DNA from: Raillietiella orientalis
Taxonomy: Eukaryota
DNA length: 64,000 nt
Reading direction: 5' to 3'
Assembly (NCBI GenBank): GCA_036172245.1
Contig: JAYWIR010000040.1
Location: forward strand, 310,001-374,000
In this document: positions 24,491 through 37,717 of the stretch, piece by piece
Position numbering within the stretch: position 1 is the first letter of the stretch
How the letters are laid out: the number at the start of each line of letters is the position of its first letter
Position numbers and translations under genes: made by a program
The notes under the pieces: generated by a model
Told to the model about the DNA's origin: nothing
What the model saw: the letters and a program-made list of their open reading frames with translations, nothing else
Database searches by the model: none

Positions 24491-25421
24491 CTTATCTCAC
24501 ATATCTCATTTTTTATTTGTATAAGCCTGTCTATTAGGTGTTTGAATACAACATAGTACTTGTGGGTTACTCTGTATATCGGAAACCCGTTTGTCATTCG
24601 CCCGTTCTTTGGACGAATTCCTGCTTGGCAACGTTCCTTCAACTCGTCTGGGATATCTACACCAGACATATGTTTCATGATATGCACACGGTTGAACCAA
24701 ACATTCCCGTCTGTTTCATAATCCAGCGTATTCCCATCACTACACTCTATCCAAGGACATCGCCACGATCCAACACAACACCGTCTACCGACACTCTCTT
24801 CGTCAAGTATGCTCCTCAAACCACGTACACCAAAATAACGAGCAAAACAACCAGACGTCTCTTCGTGCCCCCCCCTATCACAGCTTCCACATGATCATAA
24901 GGTTTTCCATACATTGATGTGAAATGCTCGCCCTGAGGCGCAGATTGATACAACATATTCCTGTATGACACTTTCATGCTAAACTGTTCCGCCATATTCC
25001 CTGTTGTCAAACCCAAAGACATGGGCTCCACCTTTGTCGCGCAACCCTTTATCTTCACATATCTATAGCGCTTTGCAAATTCTGCTAGATCTAACTTTTT
25101 TAACAAAGCACGTATTCGAACATAAAATTCCAAATATGTGAACATCCAACTACAATTCACATGGTCGCCGTCTGCTACACGTAGCGAAGAATAATTAGAT
25201 GCTCCCTGCGTCATATCCCTCACAACTACTCGCAAACAACGACCTACACGCCAATTAGGATTTCTCTATATCCTAGGTCGATGGCGACGCAAATTCCAAC
25301 GGCGCCTCCTTTTGAACGTGCTATATCCTCTAGGACGACGCGATAAACGACGCCGCTTCACGCCATACGACGATCCAACACGTTTCCTCTTACGCGAGTG
25401 AACCGCACGAGGTGTTGCCAT
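24490..25421 (-). pseudogene. cap: CRESS-virus capsid, full length (about 300 aa), one stop and frameshifts, copy 4
   Basis: ATG at 25421 gives MATPRAVHSRKRKRV..FKRRRRWNLRR; continues as ORFs 24816..25235 and 24283..24819; C-terminus YYVVFKHL matches copy 1 YYIEFKHL. Confidence 0.85.
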
Positions 25422-26289
25422 TCCGCTGCTTGACAGCGTACTTTGCCAACGTGCTGTCTTCCTTCAAGAACAATAGGAGCAGCAACTAGCGAGCATTCTG
25501 GGCAGTGCCCTACCTCGTCCGAGGCAGGAGAAAACCGCTGAAGGCATGGACGACTCCGGAGTTAACGGACGCCGCTACCCCGAGCGTCCCATCTAACGGA
25601 CTTGTGCGCTCGGGAGAGCTGCTCGGCATACATCCAGAAAAGGTGAAGTGGCCCCCAGAGTGCAGGGATAGTCAAACCTTGACCCTGGAATGACAGGAGA
25701 CGGCGCTGCTAGTGTTCCATTGGGGACTCCTTTGCAAAGCACGCCTCTTCCATTGGACATCAGGGACGGTGCATGCCAATTGTGCAGGGTGCGGGAACAT
25801 GAGACCTTCCCCCACCTTATCATAGAGTGTCGCCTTCCGACTCATTAGGGATCGACTGTCGGCGATCTTGAAAATTACCGGGAGCGACCCGAAGGACATT
25901 TTCCGTTGCTTCCAGATGCAGGACGCCTGTCAGCAGCCGCGTGCGGCAGTTCTCTGCGTGGGATCCTGGCAAAATGGATTGCGTCCAAGAGAGGACATAA
26001 CAGCCGGAACGCCAACCACTGGAAGGCTCTCAACATTGAGAAAGCTTCCCGATGCTCTCGGCTAACATCACTACGTCCGCAAATTGTGTGCATCCTGAAC
26101 AGGAGGCAGAGAACCACTCCGAGCGAACAGTGATCCCTTCCAGCCCTCCCTTCCCCAAAAACATTTCCCTCCTTCGGTAGCGGCGCGTCCAGATAGGCAG
26201 AATCACGTGTTCTGCCAGCACTAATTCAACAAAACGAGACCTTTTTATAAAACCTTAATTAAAAAATTTCATAAATAACCCGGCATATT

Positions 26290-26570
26290 CGGCTAATACA
26301 TACCGGAGAGTGACCAGCATTACAGGCGTTTTTCGCCAACCAAACAAGATGCTCCAGACTGCCAGACCTGGCGCTCAGCTCTCGCCCAGTATTCTGCACA
26401 CCGGCTGACATCCGCGTCTCGAAAACGTGCGCGCATGCAGGAAGGTCCTGCTGTTGGCCACGCCTTCTCTAACGCCACGTGGATGCCTTCGCAAGGGAAA
26501 CCGTCCGCAGAACTCGCGGACCGATCTGTTTAGATTATCCCAGTCCGCGAGCAAGAGCGGACGGGTGTTT
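26290..26570 (-). mobile_element. Inverted Tx1-like ORF2 fragment (APE-RT linker)
   Basis: LADWDNLNRSVREFCGRFPL..HARTFSR matches element C LADRDDLKNSVREFCDQFPL..HARLYSR. Confidence 0.75.
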
Positions 26571-26574
26571 ACTT

Positions 26575-29500
26575 CGCTCGTGCGCCGGTTGCGGTTTTTC
26601 GCTTTTCTGATGTGCCAGTGGATTCGTTGGTGGCTAGGCAGGAATGCCTGACCACCACTAGTGATACAGAGGGGGCAAAGTCTCTGTAGCCCCAGAATCA
26701 ATGGATGTGGGGGCAAACGCCCCCACAGAAGCGTCTCCCTCGTTAGGGAGGAGCTGGAGTTCCGTGGCTGCGGCGCCATCGCCGGCGGCTGCGGCTGAGC
26801 TTAAGGCTTAACTGGAGGAGGAGTACAATCCCCGCTTCTCTATAAATTAGACAACCTGTATAAGTTTGAGTGCGCGCGGTTTCTCGGAAGCGATGCACTC
26901 TCTGCAAGTTCCGCAGGGGGAGCTCTTGGCGATGACCATCAGGAGCGGTGGACAGTACGTTGAGGTGATTTGCAAAGAAGCAAGTCTTGCCCAGCGTCTG
27001 CTCCGTACACCTGTTCCTTTGGGGAATCGCCGGCTCCTCCCCATCACGGAGGATAGATACATCGTGATCCACCTCCTCGGTATAACCTTTCGGATGGCCG
27101 AAGAGGCTGTCCGAAAGGAATTACTAAAATTTGGCACCGTGCACGCGCTGTGGAAAAAGCCGATTCCGTTTTGGGAATATGACGTTCTCAATTGCGGTCT
27201 GGCTACCGCGCGAATCACGGTCCGCGAGGGTTGCTCCTTACCAAACAAGCTGGAGGTCAACGGCGAGTCCGCTGACATTTGGTATGTTGGTAATCCGCAT
27301 TTCTGCGGGCATTGCAGCACGTCAGGTCACCTGAAAAAAAGGTGCCCCCACTTGCAGTGCAAGCAATGCAAGCAACCCGGGCACTTCCGGTGTGCCCGCA
27401 AAATCAAGTACGCGTCGCGTCCGCAGGGAATGCGAAGCGCACGGCGAAGAAATTAAGTTTTAGTAGCGCAAGCGCGAGCCGCCGCTAAGCAAAAAGCTAT
27501 CGTGCCCCAGGTGAAGGTCAGCTCCGAGATCCCGTCGGAAAACGCGGCCAAGGTCGAGGAGAACGGCCAGGAACCTGGATGGCAGGTAGTGCACTCCAGG
27601 AGGCCGAAAAACCTCAAGGTACAAAAAAAAAAAAATACCGCGAAACGCAGGGAGAATTTGCCGCGTCGCGAAAAAATGAAACGCATTCCTGCGGTCGAAC
27701 AGAGAGGCAAAAATGAACTCGTTACTGCCGACTGTCAGCCCTCCGGGAATGTGATCACGGAGGATATCGACCCGGTGGTGGCGTCCGTCGTTGAGCGCAT
27801 ACTCGATGACGTCGCTTTTGAGCGAGCGGCGGAGGAGCTCGCTGCGTCCCTGCAGCGACCCTCCAAAGCCGCGAAAAAGGCCTTAAGGGATCCGAACTCC
27901 AAGAAGAAATCCGAGAATTCGGAATGCGATGCGGAGGCGGAAAACAGCCTGCGGCATCGCGGTCCCCTGCCCGAAGCCATGTCGCATGACGAAGGTTACC
28001 CGCAAGCTTATCTCCTTCCAAAAGGGAGATAACCCGGGGAAGCGAGGGTGCGAAGAACGTGAGGAACTCCCGAGACTCGTCCAACGAAATGACCCCACGC
28101 TGCGACACCGGATGGATGGAAGCGACCATGACCGGATCGTGTTCGAGGTACGACTACGCGTCAGGGGTCCCCCGTCTAATGCGTGGCATTTGTAAGCGGA
28201 CTGGCTGAACCTGCCAGAGGCCGCGGAACATATACGCGGATTCATACGAAGATTCACCATTCATACGCACCAGGACTGGGATCGCCTCAAGAGCTCGGTC
28301 CGGTAGTTTTGCGACCAGTTCCCTCTGCATCGCCTGCCTGCGGGGTTCGGGAAAAGGCGTCCGTAACGAGACCGTATTTACACTCTCGACATTACGCGCG
28401 AACTCCAGACGTATGCAGGCTAGCAGAATACTGTGCAGGAGACGAGAGGCAGACCTGGCAATCCGGGTCGGCCAGCTTGCTGGACGACCAGGGCTCGGAG
28501 CACTCGACTCTCTCACAGGTAAAAGGATTATTGAAAAAGTTCTACTCTTCCCTGTACGGGCGAGCGCCTCTGGAACGGGATGTCGCGCGACATCTGCTTC
28601 CAAAAGGCGCTTGCGCCATCGGGGAGTAGATGGAAAGCCTCGACGATCCTTTCACGATGGGCGAGAAAATCTCCGTCATCGGAAAGCTTAAGAGGCGCAA
28701 GGATCCAGAGGAGGACGGCCTGCCCTCTGAGTTTTTTCAACGCTTCGCGGAAGAGTTGACTACCTTTGTACTCCATTTGACGAACTTGATCCGAGACGAA
28801 GGCGATGTTCCCACCTCGCTCCGTCAGCCAGGATGAGACTCCTTCCCAAGGGAGGAGACCTCCGTAAGTTAAGCAACTGGCGTCCGATTATGATTGCGAA
28901 CACAAACGCCAAGTTGCTCGCCGGTCTATGGGCTGCGAAACTGCGACAGGTGGCCGTTATCATAATTAGCCCGGAGCAGACTTACGCTGTTCCCGGGCGA
29001 AGTACGGAGGCCAACCTGTTCTTCGCGAGCACATGATTCCATGTGCAGGGGAGTAATGAAATGAAGGGACGATCAGTAGACAACCCAGCTTTGGGGATGT
29101 CAGCCGTACAGGGAATGGGCACCCAGGTGGGGAAGGCAGCCCTTGCAATCGCAGTCGATCTCCACAACAACAGGAAGAGGGTTCAGGATACCATCACATA
29201 GGCAAAGAACTGGATGTTGGTGCGAAGCAGCAGAATGGGGTACTCTCATACTCTCAGGGACTGTTATACCAAAGATGGGAAGCACCAAGGATGATGCAAG
29301 GACTCCCGTCTTATCTTCATCCAGGTTTCTTCCCCTGAAGTGGCTTCCCCTGTTGCATTGGGGACTACCCTGCAACGCTCGCTTCCACCGGACGAGTAAA
29401 GCCCGTGTGCCAGGTGCGGGGAGCGGGAATCCCTATCCCTTGTTGACTGTGCTGTCCTCCGACTCCTGGTAACGTCTTGGGACTACCCTGGGGATACCGG

Positions 29501-29900
29501 TAGGCATCACCCCCAGAGACGTTTTACGGCTTCTCCTCGTGAGGGACGCCCTGCAGCCAGATGCAGCCCTGGCAGCACTCTGCTGCATCCGTGGCATCGT
29601 GGCGGATTGGAGTGAAGCCAAGGACCAACACCAAGTGAGGGACGACTTCCGGTATGCTGTTCGCTTCCTGGTGAGAGCAACCGGATTGCCCCGGCTGAGT
29701 GGAATGCAGGACCTCGAAGGCATCCTGCGAAGGATGGACCCTCCAATCGGTGGTCCGTGATCCCTTCCCCTCCCTCCAAGCTTTTTGTTTTTCCTTACTA
29801 TTTTAAAATCCAGTTATCCCTTTTCCTTTGCTACTCCACAATGATGCTTTATTTTCTGATCTGTTTGTCCTCCTTCGCCCTCCTTTTCCGACACGAGGAC
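26575..29900 (+). mobile_element. Tx1-like retrotransposon I (family C), end to end but with large internal deletions
   Basis: ORF1 at about 26644-28000 (CGHCSTSGHLKKRC); APE end SDH at about 28120; RT start to AVDLH at 29165; C-terminus LHWGLPCNAR..RMDPPIGGP stop at 29760; T-rich UTR. Confidence 0.85.
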
Positions 29901-31310
29901 CATTGGCCAGTTACTTTAGAGTTTGCAGGACTCTGAGGAGGTCGAGTTTCATACTTGGCGTGGGCCATTCTTTGGTATGTTTACTGTAGAAAAAGTTTCA
30001 ACAGATTTCCAAACTTCACTTTGAACAAAGATACGAGCTCTTGCAGGTACTGTTGTAGGGGATGTTCCGTAGCCTCATTATGAAAGCATTCTTCCTTTAG
30101 ATAAGATACATTCTTTTAGCAGTCACCGGGTGGAGACAAATAGACACGGCCGCTCTCGATGCTGTCTCCAAAGCCAGAAGGGAGAAGCTATGGAGAATTC
30201 TAAAGACGTTATTCTCTGACTGAGACCTGCAGGTGGTTCTCACACTGAGCTCTGCAAGCTGAGCATAGGAAGCAGCAGACTTGGTAAGCTTACTAATAGT
30301 ATATATGAATGGTTGTTTTGAATTCCCGGATCCGAATTCTCCATTTGAAAAGCGCTTCTTTGCAACTGCTTATCCCAAGCAATCTTTCCCCTCGTAAGCT
30401 TGGAATCTGAGCTTGTCGAGCTCTGCCCCGGAGAAAAACTTCTACGGTGAACACAGAACTTCAAGAACTGACAGAAATCAGTTTTGGAAATGTTGTACAT
30501 GTGTTACTCTTGCATGCATGATCCTTGCAATGCTCCTCGCAATGTATTATTTGAATGGAAAACGTAGAGTGGAGTGGAGCAAAATTTCAAAATCCAAACG
30601 AATCAAATCTAAAACTGAACTCAGCTGTAAAAAGCAAAGTCATCTTTGGTATCTGCAGTTTGCATTACAATAGATTGTTTACAAGAATCTGACAAATGAA
30701 AACGTAATGCTGTTTCTGATGTAGTTCTTGTCTGCTTGATACATCGCAAATGTTTCCAAAGAGAATGTCGGCCGCATATGATTTCTGAGGCCAAATGCAA
30801 CAAGATTCTCTGGTTCCAATTATCTATATCACATTCCACGAACAGTAATTTGTAAGCATTTTTGTGAATGTAAAACGGAAGCTCTTAAAGTATGAAATGA
30901 CACACCAAGTTGCTAAATACTTCAATATCAAATGAAGTCGTGTCGTAGTTTTGTCTCACATTACTCAAATTTGGAAATGCAATGGCAAACGTGTCCCCTA
31001 AAGTGGAGATTTGGGGAAACATACAGAAAGGCAATACTATGAACCAGGTATGTTTCAGTATACGCCAAACAAAAATCTTTTCTTCAATATAAACTCTTCT
31101 GCAATAGGCATGATAGGGCAGTCAAATAAATGTGGAAACAATCCACTTGAGTGTAGGTCAATCCGTTCTTTTTCTCACAATGGAGTTCATTATTGAGTCT
31201 GTACTTTCAAGCTAAGGCAATAAAAGTGTGCAAAGCATTTCACTCAACGTGGAAATCACCATGTTTCCTTATTTACGTACACGACACTCGAAGACAACGC
31301 CTTTCGGCTT

Positions 31311-33781
31311 TTAGACCCGAAGACTCCTTCGAACAACCCAGATAAACTGAAATTTTCCTAAACCATCACTTCGGATAAGTTACTTTTCTTCAACGCATTG
31401 TATACCCTATTTTCTTTTTGACAGCAATGCTGTGATTTCCTTAATAAGAATGAAGGCATTTACAAAACTACTAGTAGTAAATCCAGTCATCATTATCTAA
31501 AACCATAATCCAAACAACCAAAAAGTGCAATAGAAGGTTTAGGTATTTGATCAGGCAAATAAATAAATGGCATGAATAGTCGGATAAATGCAAACAAGTA
31601 ACCAAAAACAAGAGCAAAATAAACTGAAACGGCAAAGTTCAAGAAAATCACAAACGAATTACCTGCGAATAATTTTGAAACAAGTAGATCCTATCTGTGT
31701 CTTCCGATGACAATTCGACCTTACACTTAATAACTGTTTTAGTGATGTACCACCGAAGCAGATACAGTTTGTAATAAGTTGCGCCTTGAATAGGGAGGAC
31801 TAAAAAAGGTTGTGAATGCATCATAAAGCCCTTTCTTCTTGAAAAGAAATTACACCATGCTCACTCTCCGCGCAATATTCTCAATCAGTTTACAAATAGT
31901 TCTGAACTGCTGCTTGAGGATGAGAGTCCAAGATTTTATGATTCCGAAAACATAAATGCCTCAGAAGTTTAGACCCTTAAAGATAGGCAACATAAAAACT
32001 TTTATCAAGAGTGCTTGTCCCACCTAGGTTTCCTTTCATGTGCTTGGGATTGCTTCTAATATCATTTTCGCACCAAACCATTATTCACTTATTCAAGGAA
32101 GCTAGTTACTTCACATATTTACAAAGATATGAAAATTATTCAGCACCAGATTTCGGAGCACCTGGATTCATATTCCACATATTTAGAAAACAACTTACAA
32201 AATGCAATAAGAAAAGCGATGTCCAAAAATTTGGATAATTCTGACATACATGTACAAAGTTGCAATTGCCATTCCACTAGAACTTGAACTGTTACGCGAA
32301 TTTCGTGAACATACATTTCTAAATAAGTGTGTACAGCACCTGCTATACAGCCAAAGCAATTTCTGCAAAATCTCTGTCGAACTGAGCCTTTAATAGACTG
32401 TCTGGATCTTAAGTATCATATTGAAAAAAAAATTCAGATTTTTATTAAAATGCATATTAAAGTGCCTTTTTAATATACATTTTCATAAAAATCGGTTCAT
32501 TAAACATGAAAGAAAACTTAAGATTCCACCTGTATTCCGATAACGGACTAAGTTCAAAGATAACGACGATCAAGGGAACAGGCATTTTGGCAGATTCCAT
32601 TTCACAAGAACTATTTCTGCAGCTTTTGACAATTTGCATGCGGATTACAAAAAATTACAAGCACCAACTATCGTGAACATCGATACAAAAGTATTTTATG
32701 CATCAATACAGAATGTGCAATTTCATAAATCAAGAGTTGGTTTGAAAATCTCTGCATCACAACTAGGAATCGACGAGAGCACTGTAAATAGTCCGAATAG
32801 TTCTTAATTCCTTGTACACCTTGCACACTTGCACTTAAAAGATTGCTCATATGTTTTAGCCATGCTGCCCTCTTCCACAGGCATCAGGCACTCGATCTGC
32901 ACCACAGCAGTTTTATACTCTTCACTACACGTCTAATCAAATTCATATGAACTTACTGAATTTTTATGATGAACGCATAAAACACACCGAGTACCTGGTT
33001 TCAAGAATGTGCATTCATGAGCAGACCATGCAGACCTTCAGTAAGTGATTTTTTTTTCCAGCACCAACTCAAATTGCATTTATAATATAATGCAAGTTAT
33101 CAAACAGAAGTTCATATTTCAGTGATATGTATTCACAATTCAAATGAAATTAAAAAACGAACTCAGAGATATATTCAATATTTCAACTTCCTTTTTGTTG
33201 GGCACACATGAAAATTAAAGTTAGACTAGATCAGATCCAAGACTGATGGCGTTCATACATTATTGAAAACAGTATAAATCATAATCAATCAAACCTTTTA
33301 ACAAACAGGTAAAAAGTTAACATTCCAACTATTAAAAATGGTAACAATTACACTCATTTCCATGAATCTCTGGACAACCACAAAAGGACCAGGCACATGA
33401 CCAAAGAATGGAAAGTCCACAGTTTATAGAACATTGAAAACTAGGGCAAGACATCCTATTCGAAGATCGCATGTTTTACACTAAGGACATCACTTTCCTT
33501 AGTGAATGCATATATTCACCAAATGAAGGTGCATGGAACAAATTCCTAAAAATCTGAGAATGCTCCAAATCATGCAACACAACGAAAACTAATGGACTAC
33601 CTACTGAAAAGGTGACATTGGCTAGTTAACTTTTGCCAAAGTACTTGCTGATACACTACCAAATATGCTACTTAAATTCATGTAAAGAAACGGATGCAAG
33701 CCATAAGTTCAACAACAACCTGTAGTAGTAGCCACAGACCTCACTGTAGGTAATGCAACAATCCAGTACAGACTCAGGATT
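31311..33781 (-). CDS. Possible 3' exons of an unidentified host gene
   Basis: Four AG/GT-bounded segments (33781-33720, 33035-32995, 31799-31663, 31346-31311) splice in phase to NPESVLDCCITYSEVCGYYYRSAWSAHECTFLKPVLPIQGATYYKLYLLRWY..FIWVVRRSLRV*. No homologue recognised and one donor is weak. Confidence 0.3.
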
Positions 33782-36700
33782 CTGAAAAATGAAATGTTAT
33801 TCTACTTCAAATGCCATACGACATGCAAACACACAACCCGCACATAGTTGTATTCAGCAACTGTGAGTCTGATTTCTCAAAACTCAGCAACAAAACTCAC
33901 TTTTGAAGCTGCTCAGATATAAATGCAAATATTGTAGCAGTCGAGGAAACCAAAACACTGATTTTCAAACATGGATCATAAACTTATGAAACTCAAGTGT
34001 ATTACAGAACTATAATCAAATCACAAATACTTTACCACACAAGGAAAAGAAATAGTTGACGCACACAAGTTTGAGGCAACAGTGCTATATGGCCCATACT
34101 ACATTTGCTACAATAGATAAATCATTCACTAAGAGATGGTACACTACCAGCAACTTTCTTCAAAAAAAGTGAATGAATAAACACTGAGTAACACATAATT
34201 TCCAAAAACAACTCAAGTGAGTGATTAAACAGTTAAGTATGTAAGCCACTGCAAAATGTAGGACACACTTTAAGAGTGCTCCCACCTGCATTTGATATCA
34301 ACTCCTTTACATCCAAACGAAAAACACATTTGTTGAAAAAATAGCACTAAAATATTTTATGCAAGTCATGGTTCCACAAATATTATAATGAAGTCATTAT
34401 GGACAAGCAACTGGATATGCACATCATTCAGTATTCTCATAAAATAAGTGAAAAAAATTCAAAATCAAAAACAGAATGTGTAATTCATTCTTAAATTAAT
34501 TTCACACTTCAATCTACTCATTAAATCATGTCACTGAAATCTTGGACTCGAAAGCTGAAAAGATGTTGATGTGGATGAAATATCTGACTATAAGGAAAGG
34601 GCCCATTCATCAAACATGAAAAGCACGATGATTCATAATCAAACCTATAGAGAACACTTTGGAAACGAAAGTTAATGGTTATACACTAGAATAAGCAACC
34701 AACGTATGAACAGCAATATTCCACTTACAGAGTCCACATGTAAATATACTTAAGATACAATACCAAAAAAAGATATTTTGACTTAAATTCCATCATAATT
34801 ACATAATATCACACAAACAATGAAAATGAATGACACGGCATTTGGGATTCTAGAGCTTAATTACTTTGTTACTTGAAATTCATAACAATTTTACTAATGC
34901 ATTCTCAAAGGTAACATAGCATAGAGCAGTTCCATGAATGCAAAATATCCGAATTACGTCGACCAGAAACTAAAAACTAGTATAAACTTAATTACCATGA
35001 AACAGTTGAATAACAATCCTGCAATCATCATGCAAAAAGATTTTGATTCAATCCATCGCAATAATTGGAGAACATTGGAACGAAGAATGAAACAAACATC
35101 TATAAAGAAACAAAAGCAAATCTAATGCATTCCATCAGCCACTACATCCTTCACAAGCATTCACTGTTACAGAAACTACATCCAATCTATGGTACTTCAT
35201 CAAAATCTTTTCCTTAAAAGGATATACCAAGATGATCATTAACTAGCAAAATTATTCAATTCTTGATGGCACTACTAATGATAGTTATCTCCACAGGTTT
35301 TGGAAACCATAATTTGGAAAACAATACATGTAATCATAACTGAAGAATTGTGTAATTCATTATGATTGACATAATTGTAAGAAAGTGCAAAAAAGAAACG
35401 ATATAATAATCTGAAATATCTAACAAAACTCCCAGATTCTCACAAGAATGCAAATTTTTAAATCAAACTGAAACCATCCCACTTTAGCGACACATTGAAG
35501 TTTGAGACAATGCAAGCTATTTTCCCCAAATGATAAATGCCAAAAGAAGAAAAAATATCCCAACATTAGCAATGCAAATAGTAACGATAAAAAATTACTT
35601 ACCAACCTCTAACAAACGTAATTCATCTCATGTAGTCTTGAATATTCTATCTCACATCATAAATGCATGGAAAGTACACAAAAATAGGAAGCTCTTGGCA
35701 GGAATAATAAATCTGTTGTAGAAAATTCAGTTCATGCACAGAAGATATCACAGATACATTGCAAATTCACTTTACAGCTGACATATCACATCTTTATGAA
35801 GAACTACAGAAATGTTTGTACTCTGCTAGATACCTATAACTACAATACACCTCTCATACTTTCAATAAGATTTCCTAAAATCGAGCTTTGGTGCAATTCT
35901 TTTGTGCTTTATTAAAAAGACAGAATCTATTCCGGGTACCCGCGCCCGAGATGATAAGCAAAAGAACGAGCACGCAACACTTATACATTACACAATATTT
36001 TTGTGGAGAAATTTCCATCAGAAATGTACTCGAAAACATGTTCAACTTTTAACCTGTAGGAAAAAAATACCGGATTCCATTGATATACGCTAAATTGTGG
36101 GATTCTAAACCAACCTCAGATATCACGTATAGCTTTTGAATTAAAACATGGAAATTAATATCCATCCCAATGATTTCTGAATCTGGAATTTACATCTATT
36201 TTCTAAAAACATTATGAGCTATAGATTTCACAATTGAAAGAACGCAGAGATCACATTCACATACCATTGAATGCTGGGTTCCTATACCACTACGTTACAT
36301 GAGTGTAATGCCACGTGCTCCAAAGAAATCCGCATGGCACTACAGAAATACCACTTTCGATCGTCTCTACTGTCACTGGCACTACATTCTTTGAAATGGT
36401 TAAGCAATCTCATTTGCTTTGCAATACTTTACTTCAGTGTACTCTTAAATTGTACAATCAATTCAGAAGATGAGGAATCATAAGCTAGATTTTTCTCTGA
36501 ATTTGCAAAGTGCAGTTTCACGTTCGTTTTTCTATGTTCCACTTCAACAGATCGAATGCGAGTGGAATATTGTGACGACTTGGAAGTGATACATGTAGGT
36601 TGTAATGGTTATAATAATTATGAATAATTGTAATTTCACGTGTTCAAGGTGCTCCTACTGTTGCATCTCTGTATCAAAAGGAAGTGTAAGCATGTGAACG

Positions 36701-37676
36701 ACTACAGAAATATCAGCAATCTTGAAACTCCTTGGTATTATGATCATTCATCATGACATATACGAAGTGTTCACTTCGTAGAGCTGCACTTTTAGTAACT
36801 TATACTAAGTTTATTCAAATTAATATCTGAATCACATTAGTAGGAAAATTCTTTCACCGCAATAATGTCGGCTGTAGAGGTGAATCACACACACAAAAAA
36901 AAATTCCGTTCCATCTTCGAAAACAAAAGTGAAGTGAAGATGGTGGATACTGGGAAAATCAACTTCCCTGGACACATCCTAATCGAAAACATTGGTTAAT
37001 GTTTTGAATATTCTGTAATTCATGTGTTTTTTACTCAAATGGAAAATAACCCTATGGTCAGGCGAAAGTAGCGGACTATGCAGAACACTTTTCTGTTCTA
37101 ATCTCAGCTAGTGAAATGAAACACTTCTGTTCGCATGATTTCTGTTTTGATTGCCTCAGATTTTACAATAATTCCATGTAACAAATACAGCCTGCAACTT
37201 CCTTCAATCGATATTTTTTTCCCCCCGTTTGCTCTCCTCCCTCAGGGAATATCGCAGCTGTTTCCTTCAACAAACTGCGATATTTCCCAAAGAAGAAATA
37301 GCTTGGAAAGCTTGATGGCCAACAAATATGAAATGAATGAAAACGAATAGAACTCAAAAAACCTAGCAGGCAGACTGTTGTTTGTACACGAGCTAGCTTT
37401 CGGCCAGAGGAGTGAGAAGGAGGTCTGAACATATCACAAAAATGGCACGAGTTGCAGATTTCCTATGGACGAGCGTAAAACCCATCAAGACGAATCCTAG
37501 CAATTCCTACCCCTTCTCCTGGAGTTTGATATCAGAATTGAGAAACTTTGGAGTGTTTACTAGTGGGAATGTGTCGTGTGTAGTGATTTCTTAAGCTAGG
37601 AGCAATTTTGTCATGTAACCTTCTCGTATTTAAAAGTCGTCCTGTTAAGAGTACTCTTTTGAAGTACAGACGGCGG

Positions 37677-37717
37677 ACAAGCATGTTATCGGACGAGTGG
37701 TCCGATAACATGCTTGT
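37677..37717. repeat. Perfect 18-bp inverted repeat, 5-nt loop
   Basis: acaagcatgttatcggac-gagtg-gtccgataacatgcttgt. Confidence 0.95.

Larger units (their letters stand above)
23915..26270 (+). mobile_element. Tx1-like retrotransposon H 3' fragment, interrupted by viral copy 4
   Basis: Left piece KPRKFQWASLTPSAN (23915-23998) and right piece ANVLSSF..LKAWTTPEL.. (25441-26133) are collinear with element E (KPQKLLWASFTPLAPVLPS..MKAWTSREL). Confidence 0.82.

Noticed and set aside
1..30400. CRISPR-like array interpretation of alternating virus/TE pieces
   Set aside because: No constant repeat or regular spacer length, and no cas genes; eukaryotic context.
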